Source: Candidatus Magasanikiibacteriota bacterium (lineage in GTDB: Bacteria; Patescibacteriota; Patescibacteriia; Magasanikbacterales; UBA922). From it: a stretch of DNA of 64,000 nucleotides. Numbering within the stretch: position 1 is the first letter of the stretch; each line of letters opens with the position of its first letter. The DNA lies in NCBI GenBank assembly GCA_018650645.1, contig JABIFP010000025.1, forward strand, positions 7,976 through 71,975, written 5' to 3'. The notes beneath the pieces were generated by a model, which saw only the letters and a list, made by a program, of their open reading frames with translations, made no database searches and was not told the origin of the DNA. A program made the translations under genes and the position numbers. Shown here piece after piece: positions 21,492 through 31,845 of this stretch.

Positions 21492-21986
21492 TTATCTGTG
21501 TGTAATGGTTGAAGTAAAATCTTGCGTTGCAAACTGCTGTGGTCCATCTTCTATTGATTCCCTCTCTAACGTAAATGTCATTTCTGTAGAGCTGCTTCCC
21601 CAATCTGAAATGTCTGTGGCAATAAATGAAGTAGCAATGAGTCTTCCTGTTAGTAGCGGTACCGTGTTCCCAGCAACTTCCTTTTGTACAGAATTCCCAA
21701 CAAGCGAAAATGTTGTTGTCACATTGTCATACGAGACAACTTGCAGTACAGATGTTGCCACTCCGCCTGTAGGCACCGTAATTACTGATGCTCCATGAAC
21801 TGCATTACGCATTTCGTTCATTAAATTTCCTCCCTGAAAAGATACATCACTCACCACCTCGTGTTTTCCTCTGGACTGTAAAATCTGGATGAACATACTA
21901 CTAAGCGCAAGCAAAAATACTCCAGAAATTCCAATATAGAGAATGAGTTCTACCAATGTAAATCCTTTTTTTGAAGTAGTATTCAT
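21492..21986 (-). CDS. Type IV prepilin-like protein
   Basis: KKG|FTLVELILY. Confidence 0.85.
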   Translation of the reverse strand: MNTTSKKGFTLVELILYIGISGVFLLALSSMFIQILQSRGKHEVVSDVSFQGGNLMNEMRNAVHGASVITVPTGGVATSVLQVVSYDNVTTTFSLVGNSVQKEVAGNTVPLLTGRLIATSFIATDISDWGSSSTEMTFTLERESIEDGPQQFATQDFTSTITHR

Positions 21987-21987
21987 A

Positions 21988-24921
21988 CTATTGGTAATTA
22001 ATCGTCACATCTTGAAGGACCGGTGTGTGATCTCCATCTGAACTTAATGTGGCACGGTATTGCAGCCACTGCGATTGGTTCAAATCGGTATCAAGTAATT
22101 GCAAGGCATTGTCACTAAACGTTGTTGCAGCTCCTCCACTTCCATACCATGCAGACCAAACTCCAGGGCTTCCACCACTATCGTCAGCAGTTCGTAACTC
22201 AATTTCTATGTCACAGGCTGGTGCGCAACTCGGAATCGATTCGTTCCATGAAATCATCTGCACAGCAGCATTTTTTCCCATATCAAATGCAGAACTTGTT
22301 AGTGTTCCAGATACTTCATATCCACCAGCTACCTGCTCTCCATTTCCCCACTCAATAGACACACTATCTAGCTGTACTTGTACCGTTCCATCACTTTCCA
22401 AATTTGCGCGGAACAAAAATTGCCCACTAGAGGTTGGGAATGATGAAAAATTATCGTGAATATCTGTGGCTATTGAATAATCAGACGCCCCAGCTGCGGC
22501 CCAGGCTGCACCAGTCCAGTAATACCACGATGTACCATTATTATCTGATACCTGATAGTAAATTTCACCTGTATTTTTTGTTGCTACTTCTGTAAAGCCA
22601 ACATAGTTTCCTAATCCGCTGACAGCTAAAAATGATGACGGGGTAATTGTTGGTACCGTATCAGGATATGACGCAGCTCCAGCAGAAACGCCAATTGTAG
22701 TCACATACCCATCATTCCCCGTTCCACTATATACAATGGCAATCATACTATTAGAAAGAATATATGCCATTGGATCAATTCCCTGCGTAGCATCAAACTC
22801 CTCTGAATCGATAAATGCCGCAGGTAGTGTTCCGTTATCTTCAATTGTGAGTAGTGCCAAAATACCATTATTAGTAGCATCCTCATACACTAAGGCATAA
22901 GTGGTTCCATCAAACGGGTACAGCTTCATCTCATATGCGCCACTCGTCTCAAACTCCCAAGAATCTACAATCGCATTAGTAATATCTCCCGCGGCATCAA
23001 TTTCAACTGTAGTTATAGTTCCATCATTTCCGGCCCCTTCATATGAAATTGCATAAATATCGCCACTAATTGGAATAAGATTAGGCGTATTAGCTGAGCT
23101 TGTATCAAATTCTAATGAATCGATAATACTATTCGTAATATTTCCACTTGTATCGATATCAACGGTTACTAGCCAGCCATCACTTCCAGCCCCTTGATAC
23201 GCAATTGCATATATGTCTCCTGAAATTGCTGTAATTGATGGATATTTTCCACTTGCGGTATCATATTCATATGAATCTACCTCTGTGATGGCTCCCGCAC
23301 CATTAACCGAAAATGTTTGTATAAATCCATCGCTCTTGTTTCCTTCATAAACGACTGCAAATACTCCATTGGCCAGCTCAATAAGAGAAGAAAATCGTCC
23401 ACTCTTATTATCAAATTCTGTTGAATCAATCACTGCCCCAATATTCCCAGCAGCATCAATATCTACGGTGACTGCATACCCGTCATTTTTATCTCCCGAA
23501 TAGGTGATCAAGTAGTTGTCTCCGGAAACATGTATTATCTCTACCTCTTTTCCCTGCTTTGTATCAAATTCATAAGTATCAATCACAGCACCACCAATAT
23601 CTCCCGCAGCGTCAACTGATACTGTTTTAATAAAACCATCGTTTCCTGATCCTGTGTATGCAATCGCAAAAATGTCATTTCCCAATGACAAAACATATGG
23701 CATGGTGGTGTTACTTGTATCAAATTCAAATGTTTCTGTTACTGCACCATTGATATCTGAGCCGCCACCACCTGCTGATACGAGTTGTGCCTGACCACCA
23801 GTCACTTCAATATCCGCTGCATTAAAGGTGTAACTTGTTGATGCAGAAAATGGCCACTGATACTGATTTCCACATCGAATACTGATCTCATCAAGAAGCA
23901 CATCATGCGTTCCGTCACTGGAAAGGAATGCCTGAAAAGAAATCCGCCCACTTGAAGTTGTAAATGACCCGATATTTGTATTTATATCTGCCGCTGTATT
24001 ATAGTCTGCTCCGCCAGCGGCTCCCCAAGCAGCTCCCGTCCAATATTCCCAGTTGGATCCATTATCACTTGAAATTTGATAATAAATTTCTCCGGCATTT
24101 TTTGTAGCAGTTTCAGAAAACTGCGTCCACTCATCTACATCTCCAGTTACAATAAAATCTACTAATGGTGCAATTGCAGGCTCATCATTTGGATAATTTG
24201 TGTCCCCTGGCCCAGCAGGAATAAGTACAGCTTCCCCTCCAGTTATTTCAATATCATCACTATCAAATGAGTAGCTTGTTGAAGCCGTAAAGCTCCATGA
24301 TTTTGTTCCACACTGTTCATTTAGTCGATTTAATTGCAATTGCCCTCCGGTAGTTACATCTACATCTCCTGAATCGCTATCATACGCTGCCGTGTCAGCC
24401 CAAATTGCTTGCCCGTCGCCGCTAGACCAATCTGTTTGCGTCCAATTGTCTGACTGCCAATTTGTGAGTAGTACTGATCTGTTTACTGCAAGCGATCTTC
24501 CTGCAATTGTCGTTCTTGTCACCGCAATCGTAGCCATGTGTGATGACATATCAACCGTTCCCGCAGGGCAGGTCACAATCACATCGGTTCCATCTCTACA
24601 TACATCAGTAAACGTAATTGTCCTTGTAAATTCTCCGATTGTTTCACTTGTTCCCTCTCCGCTTAGCGTCCACGCTCCTGTTGAAGAAGTGACCGCAGAC
24701 TGAGAATACGTAAATTCATTTACCGCCCTATCACGAATTGCTCTTACAGCCTCAACGCCTTCTTGAGCGAGATGTTCAGCAGTGATTCTATGCTTAGCCA
24801 CAATACTCGATTCATGCGCAAGGCTAATTGTGCTTATAAACATAAGCGCAAAGATAGCAAAAAGAGCCACAGCGAGTATGATCTCCATTATGCTAAATCC
24901 TTCCTTGCGCAACCTTTGCAT
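21988..24921 (-). CDS. Giant prepilin-like adhesin (977 aa) with duplicated domain and 7 tandem ~50-aa repeats
   Basis: KEG|FSIMEIILA; internal repeats visible in translation. Confidence 0.85.
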   Translation of the reverse strand: MQRLRKEGFSIMEIILAVALFAIFALMFISTISLAHESSIVAKHRITAEHLAQEGVEAVRAIRDRAVNEFTYSQSAVTSSTGAWTLSGEGTSETIGEFTRTITFTDVCRDGTDVIVTCPAGTVDMSSHMATIAVTRTTIAGRSLAVNRSVLLTNWQSDNWTQTDWSSGDGQAIWADTAAYDSDSGDVDVTTGGQLQLNRLNEQCGTKSWSFTASTSYSFDSDDIEITGGEAVLIPAGPGDTNYPNDEPAIAPLVDFIVTGDVDEWTQFSETATKNAGEIYYQISSDNGSNWEYWTGAAWGAAGGADYNTAADINTNIGSFTTSSGRISFQAFLSSDGTHDVLLDEISIRCGNQYQWPFSASTSYTFNAADIEVTGGQAQLVSAGGGGSDINGAVTETFEFDTSNTTMPYVLSLGNDIFAIAYTGSGNDGFIKTVSVDAAGDIGGAVIDTYEFDTKQGKEVEIIHVSGDNYLITYSGDKNDGYAVTVDIDAAGNIGAVIDSTEFDNKSGRFSSLIELANGVFAVVYEGNKSDGFIQTFSVNGAGAITEVDSYEYDTASGKYPSITAISGDIYAIAYQGAGSDGWLVTVDIDTSGNITNSIIDSLEFDTSSANTPNLIPISGDIYAISYEGAGNDGTITTVEIDAAGDITNAIVDSWEFETSGAYEMKLYPFDGTTYALVYEDATNNGILALLTIEDNGTLPAAFIDSEEFDATQGIDPMAYILSNSMIAIVYSGTGNDGYVTTIGVSAGAASYPDTVPTITPSSFLAVSGLGNYVGFTEVATKNTGEIYYQVSDNNGTSWYYWTGAAWAAAGASDYSIATDIHDNFSSFPTSSGQFLFRANLESDGTVQVQLDSVSIEWGNGEQVAGGYEVSGTLTSSAFDMGKNAAVQMISWNESIPSCAPACDIEIELRTADDSGGSPGVWSAWYGSGGAATTFSDNALQLLDTDLNQSQWLQYRATLSSDGDHTPVLQDVTINYQ
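22690..23740 (-). repeat. Seven ~50-aa coding repeats (probable 7-blade beta-propeller); approximate boundaries
   Basis: Consensus (S/T)xEFDT...YA(I/V)xYxGxGNDG...T(V/I)xID..G.I...IDS x7. Confidence 0.75.
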
Positions 24922-24922
24922 A

Positions 24923-25354
24923 TTACTGGTAGCTTATCGTTGAACTTGATATTAATACGGTTTGCGGATCATGTCCTGCTTTGGTTATACGAATTGTTCC
25001 ACTTACTGAAGACGCTCCTGTACTTTTACTAAAAATCACGTCTGACTCTCCGGTAATAATGAGCTGTTCATCTAATATAATAATTTCATCATATGAAGCA
25101 TCTCGTAATGCGTAATCATTTCCTCTAAAAAGTGTCATATTTGTATCAGCCATATGCACCCCCCAATCGGTATCGTATTTCATGGTGTGTGCGTATACCT
25201 TTGCAAGCCGCAATGTAGAAACAACATGTTGCCGCGCTACAATAGTAGAGCTTTTTTCTTGTATTGATGTAAAAAGAGGTAACGTAAATGCCGAAACAAG
25301 GGCAATGATAGCAATCACCAGAATGAGTTCTACTAATGTAAACCCTTTTTTCAT
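24923..25354 (-). CDS. FimT/GspH-like prepilin
   Basis: KKG|FTLVELILV. Confidence 0.82.
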   Translation of the reverse strand: MKKGFTLVELILVIAIIALVSAFTLPLFTSIQEKSSTIVARQHVVSTLRLAKVYAHTMKYDTDWGVHMADTNMTLFRGNDYALRDASYDEIIILDEQLIITGESDVIFSKSTGASSVSGTIRITKAGHDPQTVLISSSTISYQ

Positions 25355-25366
25355 ATGTACCCGGTA

Positions 25367-26617
25367 TTACCCAACACTTCCAACCAGTGTATAGATTGGG
25401 AGAATGATTCCAATCGCTAACCCCGCAACAATAAGTGAAACAAAGAGAAGTAATAACGGTTCAAGTACAACCGAAATATTTTTTGCAGAGACTTCTGTTC
25501 TTTCTTCATACCGCTGACCAATTTGTACCAAAATAGAAGATAATTTTCCGGTTCGTTCACCCGTAACAATAAGCTGCTGCACTGCGCCAGGAATAAGAAA
25601 GGATGATTTCTTTTTGTTTTCTGCAAAGGCATCTGAAAATGACTGTCCTCTTCCTATTTGCATCTCTAAATCGGCATATAGCCTTCCGTATTGCCGTACA
25701 AGTGTGGCTTCAGAGAGTGATTTAAGTGCTTGCAAAATTGGTAACCCTGCACCGAGCAGCGTTCCCAAAATAAATCCAAATCGAGCGAGTTCTACTTCTT
25801 GAATCAATTTTTTTAGTAGCGGTGTATGTAAAATGATCCACTGTCCCATGAATTTTGTTTTTCTGCTCAGGAAAAGTACATAAACAGTTGTAATAATCGA
25901 AGCGACAATAGTTGGGATGAGCCAGTGACCGTACGCTTTTACCACCATACCTATCCACATGAGTACGCGAGTAATCCATGGTAAATCAACATCTAAAGAA
26001 ACAAACAAGTTGGTAATTTTAGGAAGAATGAACCATGTTAATCCAAGACCAATGATTGATGCCAGAGACAATACCAATACAGGATACATCATGGCACTAC
26101 GGAGCCTATCTTTAAATGCTCGTTCCTTTTCTTGCTGCTGCAATACAATAATTAAATTCTCTCCGAGGCGTCCTGATTGCTCCCCCACATCAATGAGCGT
26201 AATGACATGATCTTTAAAGAGCTTCGTTTTCCTCAGCGCTTCAGTCAAAGAAGACCCATCCTGAATATCATCTCTCATTTGCATCAGCAAGGCCTTCATA
26301 GAAGCCCCTTTTAGCTCAGAATGGACCGCTTCAAGTGCGGCAACAACATCCATTCCAGAAGAAAGTAGCAGTGCTAGTTGATCAATAACAAAATCTCTTT
26401 CTTTTCCAACAAAAAGGTACCCAAACCGAGAATGAAAAGATTGCTTTTCAGCCTTTGGTGCAGGTTCTTTTTTTGCGCGAGGTGCCGGAGAGGGTGCAGT
26501 CTTTTCTTTTTTTGGTTTAGAAACCTTTTTTGCGGCAGGCTTCTTTTTTTCTTGCGTATGTGCAAGTACCTCTGCTGCCTCATGCGCATTTGTTGTTTTT
26601 TTCTTTGCAGGAGGCAT
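25367..26617 (-). CDS. pilC: Type IV pilus/T2SS platform protein PilC/GspF
   Basis: GEQSGRL, SAMMYP, GERTGKL, LEPLLL. Confidence 0.9.
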   Translation of the reverse strand: MPPAKKKTTNAHEAAEVLAHTQEKKKPAAKKVSKPKKEKTAPSPAPRAKKEPAPKAEKQSFHSRFGYLFVGKERDFVIDQLALLLSSGMDVVAALEAVHSELKGASMKALLMQMRDDIQDGSSLTEALRKTKLFKDHVITLIDVGEQSGRLGENLIIVLQQQEKERAFKDRLRSAMMYPVLVLSLASIIGLGLTWFILPKITNLFVSLDVDLPWITRVLMWIGMVVKAYGHWLIPTIVASIITTVYVLFLSRKTKFMGQWIILHTPLLKKLIQEVELARFGFILGTLLGAGLPILQALKSLSEATLVRQYGRLYADLEMQIGRGQSFSDAFAENKKKSSFLIPGAVQQLIVTGERTGKLSSILVQIGQRYEERTEVSAKNISVVLEPLLLLFVSLIVAGLAIGIILPIYTLVGSVG

Positions 26618-26620
26618 AGA

Positions 26621-28300
26621 TTATGATTTTTTCTTTTTACTTTTTGTTCGAACTGGCTTCACAGGTGGGGTAGCTATACGCATAAGTTCTTGCAAGGTGG
26701 TGACACCCTGCGTTACTTTTGAAAGACCATCTTCAAACAGTGTATGCGCACCCTCTTTCATTGCAAGTGCCCAAATTTCTTGTGCTGAAGGATTCGTCAT
26801 AACGAGTTCCCTCATCGCAGATGTCATTGAAATGAATTCAAAAATCGCAACTCGCCCTTTATAACCTGTTCCCCCGCAATTACCACAACCAGTTCCATGA
26901 TAAAGTGTTATTTTCTTTTTTCCGAGTAGCGGCTTTACATTAGCTGGAATTTGTTTTACTGCTTGAGCGGCAGGAATCGATGTTCTACAACTTTCGCAAA
27001 TCTTTCTTACCAGTCGCTGCGCCATAATCAATTCAAGAGTGGAAGCAAGTAAAAATGGTTCTGCTCCCATATCAAGAAGACGCGGAATGGCCGTTGCTGC
27101 ATCGTTTGCATGGAATGTAGAGAACAAAAGATGACCCGTAAGTGCCGCATTCACTGCAATTTCTACTGTTTCTGTATCACGAATTTCTCCTACTAAAATC
27201 ACATCCGGATCCTGCCTAACAATTGATCTGAGTCCTTTAGAAAACGTAATCCCCTTTTCTTCATTAACCTGAATCTGATTAAGCCCAGAAATGCGATACT
27301 CAACAGGATCTTCAATAGTTGTGATGTTTACATCTGGGTTATTTAAAATGCGCAACAGTGAATACAGTGTTGTTGATTTTCCAGACCCCGTTGGCCCCAC
27401 AACAAGCACCATTCCAAATGGTTTTTTAGAAGCGGCCATGAGCAGTTCCTGATCATGATCATCTAATCCCAAATCTCCTAACCCGAATCCTTCAATATAA
27501 CTAGAGAGTAAACGAATAACAATCTTTTCTCCTGAAATTACTGGCGCAATAGAGACACGCATATCAATATGCACGCGCTCGTTTTTAAATCTAATTGCTC
27601 CATCTTGCGTAGCAAAGTGTTCATCAATTCTAAGATGCGCCATGACTTTAATCAGGTTCACCATGTGCTGATAATTCACTGTCGGAATTCTTCCTGCTTC
27701 TTGCAACACCCCATCAACCCTGAAACGAACAATCGCTTCGTCTTCATGTGGTTCAAAGTGAATGTCAGATGATTTATGCACTAAAGCATCTTCAAAAATG
27801 GCATCAATAATCGTTGGTGCAACGTGTTTTTCTTTTTCTAAAATTTTCTGAAAGCGCGTATTCAGTGTTTGCCTATACTGATTGAGTACTTTATCAATAT
27901 CTTCAGTAAGACCATATGCCACAATCGCTTTTTTCTTCTTTGCTAAAGATTTTGTAAGCGTTTTCAGTGATGCATTTTTAGGCGTATCAGTTGCAAATAC
28001 AATCTCCTTGTCTGTTTCTTTATACGCAATCAAGCGATGCTTTTTTGCTGAAGCAGCAGGAACAAGTGCCCGTAAATCGGCACCAGGCATGTTTGAATTG
28101 ATGTCTGCATAGGTTAGCTTAAACGATTCAGCAAGTGCCTGACCAATCAAATCAGCTGACACTTCCCCACTTTCTTTCAGCATGGCTAACACGGTCTTTT
28201 TACTTTTCTTTGCTTTCGCTTGTGCCGCCTTAACATCAGAAGCATCAACATACGCTCCATCGATGAGCGCGGTTAATATATTTGCTTCGCTGACAGGCAT
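26621..28300 (-). CDS. pilB: Type IV pilus assembly ATPase PilB/GspE
   Basis: SSDIHFEP, GPTGSGKSTTLY, TIEDPVEY, RQDPDVILVGEIRD, Zn CxxC pairs. Confidence 0.93.
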   Translation of the reverse strand: MPVSEANILTALIDGAYVDASDVKAAQAKAKKSKKTVLAMLKESGEVSADLIGQALAESFKLTYADINSNMPGADLRALVPAASAKKHRLIAYKETDKEIVFATDTPKNASLKTLTKSLAKKKKAIVAYGLTEDIDKVLNQYRQTLNTRFQKILEKEKHVAPTIIDAIFEDALVHKSSDIHFEPHEDEAIVRFRVDGVLQEAGRIPTVNYQHMVNLIKVMAHLRIDEHFATQDGAIRFKNERVHIDMRVSIAPVISGEKIVIRLLSSYIEGFGLGDLGLDDHDQELLMAASKKPFGMVLVVGPTGSGKSTTLYSLLRILNNPDVNITTIEDPVEYRISGLNQIQVNEEKGITFSKGLRSIVRQDPDVILVGEIRDTETVEIAVNAALTGHLLFSTFHANDAATAIPRLLDMGAEPFLLASTLELIMAQRLVRKICESCRTSIPAAQAVKQIPANVKPLLGKKKITLYHGTGCGNCGGTGYKGRVAIFEFISMTSAMRELVMTNPSAQEIWALAMKEGAHTLFEDGLSKVTQGVTTLQELMRIATPPVKPVRTKSKKKKS

Positions 28301-28314
28301 AGCGGTTGGTTAGA

Positions 28315-28686
28315 CTATTTCTTAAGTGCTTTTTCTACATGTACGATTACTTCCGTAATTGGCGTGTTAGATTTTACAAAATAATCTACAGCTCCCAATT
28401 TTTTACACTTATCTTGATCTTCTGTTTGGCTCAAATTTGTAGACACAATAACGGGTGTTTTGTCACCACGTTTTTGTTTTTCTTCTAGTACGCCAAATCC
28501 ATCTACTTTCGGCATCATTAAATCAAGCAATACTAAATCGAATTTTCCATTTTTTAAATATACCAAAGCTTCTTCTCCGTCGTATGCATTCTCTACTGCA
28601 TACCCAGCTTTTGATAGCTTCAGCGCGAGCGCTTTTGCCATTGGTTTTTCGTCTTCAGCAATAAGGATTTTCTTTTTTGCGGCCAT
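28315..28686 (-). CDS. Stand-alone response regulator receiver heading the pilus operon
   Basis: ILIAEDE, LLDLMMP, DYFVK. Confidence 0.9.
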   Translation of the reverse strand: MAAKKKILIAEDEKPMAKALALKLSKAGYAVENAYDGEEALVYLKNGKFDLVLLDLMMPKVDGFGVLEEKQKRGDKTPVIVSTNLSQTEDQDKCKKLGAVDYFVKSNTPITEVIVHVEKALKK

Positions 28687-28760
28687 AACAAAAAGGTCAA
28701 GAAAAAAATAGTTCTCTTTAGGTGCAGTATAGCATAAGAGTTTCTCTCAACCAAGCATTT

Positions 28761-29825
28761 TTATTCAAAAATCACATCACCATTTTGCGGCACAACTTCT
28801 ATCCAAATAGTTCCGCCTTGAATATGCATCGGTTGCCCATCTTTTGCTGTGAAAACAGTTGGTGTATCCTTTGCCGTTTTACTCCACGTTCCCTCTTGTA
28901 TGTTCCCTGCTGCAAAGATATATGCGTCGCCAGTACCAATGGTTTCCATGCCTAACCTTCCTTTATTATCTAACACTTGTGTTTGTACTTTTTGCACCAC
29001 AATGGTATCTGCTTCATACCGCGGCCCAGACGCATCAATATGTGGCCGCGAGAATTGATCACGCTCATACTTGTTGGTGCTACTCACGTAATACCAATCT
29101 GGTGCGTAAATTCCTTGAGAAAAAATAATTTCAAGATGTGTTATGCACTCTTCTGTACACGGTTCACTTGCCTGCACACTCCACCGTGGTTGCAGCTCTG
29201 ATATTTCTTTTGGTGCGTATTTTTCATGTGCACTCCTAAAAAGTTCTGCAGAAGTATATGCATTGTGCGGGGCAAATCGCCCCTGATCTCTCCAAAAATA
29301 CCATCCTCTAGAAAACTCGTTCATATCAAAGACATCTTCCGCTGCAATTCTCTCTAGCGCATCAGGCGAGCCGCCAACATGCATGTACATTGTCCCCGGG
29401 TATTCAGCAAGCCAGTCTAAATAGTATGGACGAGCAGACCGAATAGGGCCAATCTTTTTTACATCAGTATCAAGCGGAAAAAGTGCCATAAACCGTGGGA
29501 TATTCCCTTCTACCGGCGCTTCATACACCACAGCTGCCTTATTTAATCCAGAAAGTGGATTTGCCTCAATATGATTTTCAATCATGACTGCAACAAGTGG
29601 TTGTTCTTGATGCTCTCCATCATCCAAACACACACCATCAAACGACCTTGTCACCGCGCAATCACCATTATGTGCATATTGATCTTCTACCTGCACTATT
29701 TCTCCCGGCACAGGCGCACTGCCGCGTGGAATAAAAAACCATCCGGCAAGGATAAGTGCTACAGCTATGGTAATTACTGAAATATGCTGCATTGTTTTGG
29801 GTAAATCGATGTTGTATTTTGGCAT
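28761..29825 (-). CDS. DUF3048 family protein
   Basis: AVMIEN, VYEAPVEG..RFMA, GPIRSARPY, HVGGS, APHNAY; ATG 29825. Confidence 0.85.
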   Translation of the reverse strand: MPKYNIDLPKTMQHISVITIAVALILAGWFFIPRGSAPVPGEIVQVEDQYAHNGDCAVTRSFDGVCLDDGEHQEQPLVAVMIENHIEANPLSGLNKAAVVYEAPVEGNIPRFMALFPLDTDVKKIGPIRSARPYYLDWLAEYPGTMYMHVGGSPDALERIAAEDVFDMNEFSRGWYFWRDQGRFAPHNAYTSAELFRSAHEKYAPKEISELQPRWSVQASEPCTEECITHLEIIFSQGIYAPDWYYVSSTNKYERDQFSRPHIDASGPRYEADTIVVQKVQTQVLDNKGRLGMETIGTGDAYIFAAGNIQEGTWSKTAKDTPTVFTAKDGQPMHIQGGTIWIEVVPQNGDVIFE

Positions 29826-29973
29826 ACACGAGGTTCTTTTTGAAATATACGATGACTCAAGTATACCTTGGCTGGGCAAAAAAAAGAACTCGCGCATATT
29901 GACAGAGAGCAAAAGCTATGCTACGTTGCGTGAAGAACACTAACTGCCGCAACGCGGCTAAGGGAGGACGGCC

Positions 29974-30579
29974 ATGGGAAGGCCAAAGAAGAAGGATGCG
30001 TGGTGCAAGACCCGGTACGGGCGGATTGGCCGCCTGATGGCCGATCCGGAAACTACTCATGACCAGAGACTGTTCCTGTTGCAGCTCGAAGAGTACCTGT
30101 CGATGAACGTCGATCAGGCACTCGATATCCTCGAGTGGCGCGGTGAAGCGCACGTCATCACCTCGCGACTTCACGGCATGGTCGACGGCATCGACCCGAT
30201 CGCTGCCAGGCATGGGCTGAAGCTGCCGTTCACTGCGGAGGGCGAGGGCGTGAACACCACCTGGACGTGGATCGAGTGGCAGATGATCACGCCGATGGAC
30301 CTGTTCTGGCGGAGAACGGGGAAAGGGAACGCCCCTCTACTCCTTCAGCTACAGGAGGGAGGCAACCCCGAACAAATTGCGTGCGCGCTCTACAAATATC
30401 CCAAAGGTACCAAAATGGTGGGTTGGACACCGACTGATCTGCGCGAAGCTGCCGCAGATGCAATCGAGGCACTTTTGCAGACGGCCGAACGTGCGGGTCT
30501 CGGCAACGTCATTCAGACATCGACTGCCGACGGCGAACCCTACTACCGCTGGGTCGGCCCCCAGATCCCGCCCGCCTAG
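29974..30579 (+). CDS. GC-rich cassette ORF 2, hypothetical (N-terminal GRPKK)
   Basis: TTGACA 29899, SD AGGGAGG, GC3-rich codons, hairpins downstream. Confidence 0.7.
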   Translation: MGRPKKKDAWCKTRYGRIGRLMADPETTHDQRLFLLQLEEYLSMNVDQALDILEWRGEAHVITSRLHGMVDGIDPIAARHGLKLPFTAEGEGVNTTWTWIEWQMITPMDLFWRRTGKGNAPLLLQLQEGGNPEQIACALYKYPKGTKMVGWTPTDLREAAADAIEALLQTAERAGLGNVIQTSTADGEPYYRWVGPQIPPA

Positions 30580-30744
30580 CCCACACTCAAAGGGCGCGAC
30601 AAGAGACTACCGAGTAGCCCGGTTCCTGGCTACAACCGATTGCGGGGCGCACGTCGCCCCCAATCACTTTACTACGGCATATACTGCCTTTTTATTTTAC
30701 AAAAAAAGAACCCGCGTTCACGGATTCTTTTTTCTTCTGCGCTA

Positions 30745-31383
30745 TTACGCTGCAGCTTCTTCTTCAGTTTTTCCTTTCTTTTCAACTTCAATGTCTTCAA
30801 TACTTGGAGCTGCTGTTTCTTCTTCATCTTCTTCAACAGCAATTCGAGGAGCATTCACTTTTGCGACAAGAATTTCCTTGTCTTCCGTTGTTACCATTCC
30901 TTCTGGAAGTGGAATATCTTTTACATGGATTGAATCTTCAAATGTTGCAAGAACAGAAATGTCTACATCGAGTTGGTCAACCAAATCTTTTGGAAGTGAT
31001 TGTACACCAATCGAATCTAACATGCTCATAAGTGTACCACCGAGTTTCACTGCGTGAGATTCACCAATGAAGTTGAGGTGTACAGTTGAATCAACCATTT
31101 GACCGGCAACAACTTGGTAAAAATCGAGGTGTGAAAATCTGTGTGATGTTGGCACAAGTTGCCAATCTTTGATAAGTACATCATATTTCTCGCCTCCTTC
31201 AATAGAAAGCTCAATAATTGATGATGTTCCCGCTGCTTTATACAACTTTTCAAATTGGTTGTAATCAACTGAAAGTGTTACAGGAGCTAACTCTCTTCCG
31301 TAAATCACTGCTGGGATACGACCGCTCTCTCGGATAGCGTCTGGCTTTCCTTCTCGGGCAGTTGCTGAAATTGAATGCGACAT
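30745..31383 (-). CDS. rplY: 50S ribosomal protein bL25/Ctc
   Basis: IPAVIYG, HLDFYQV, IHVKDI, acidic tail. Confidence 0.93.
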   Translation of the reverse strand: MSHSISATAREGKPDAIRESGRIPAVIYGRELAPVTLSVDYNQFEKLYKAAGTSSIIELSIEGGEKYDVLIKDWQLVPTSHRFSHLDFYQVVAGQMVDSTVHLNFIGESHAVKLGGTLMSMLDSIGVQSLPKDLVDQLDVDISVLATFEDSIHVKDIPLPEGMVTTEDKEILVAKVNAPRIAVEEDEEETAAPSIEDIEVEKKGKTEEEAAA

Positions 31384-31392
31384 ATTTGGGTA

Positions 31393-31752
31393 TTACTGCA
31401 ATATATGTTGAATAAATTGTGATGATTCTTGACGGAGCATTCTAGAAAACGACAGTAATGTGTCTTCTGTGATTGGTTCAGCTGCCCGCAAACGCTCTGC
31501 GTCTGATAAGTTCAGGTCTGTGACCATCCCTATGGAGCTGATACTCCCTCTTGATTTCACCACTAAGGCAAAAATAGCTTGATGACAACCACCACACGTG
31601 ACGTGCAGAAGCTGTGTCCCTTCTTCTTCCTCTAAAACGGCCACATGTTCTCCCTCATAAGAGGCGTCACATATTGGACATTCTTGAAGAAGCTGTTTTT
31701 GGGTTAACTGCTCATCTGAAGATGGCAATTTTGGACTCTTTTTGCTCTTCAT
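31393..31752 (-). CDS. Hypothetical protein with CxxC pairs
   Basis: CPIC...HVTCGGC, GMVTDL. Confidence 0.65.
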   Translation of the reverse strand: MKSKKSPKLPSSDEQLTQKQLLQECPICDASYEGEHVAVLEEEEGTQLLHVTCGGCHQAIFALVVKSRGSISSIGMVTDLNLSDAERLRAAEPITEDTLLSFSRMLRQESSQFIQHILQ

Positions 31753-31845
31753 ATTAGCGGTGGCTATTGTAGTAAATAAGAGGAGGTTTGTCAAGGGCAG
31801 TTATGCTTCATAAACGAGACCTATCCCTATGGTAAAAGTATACCA

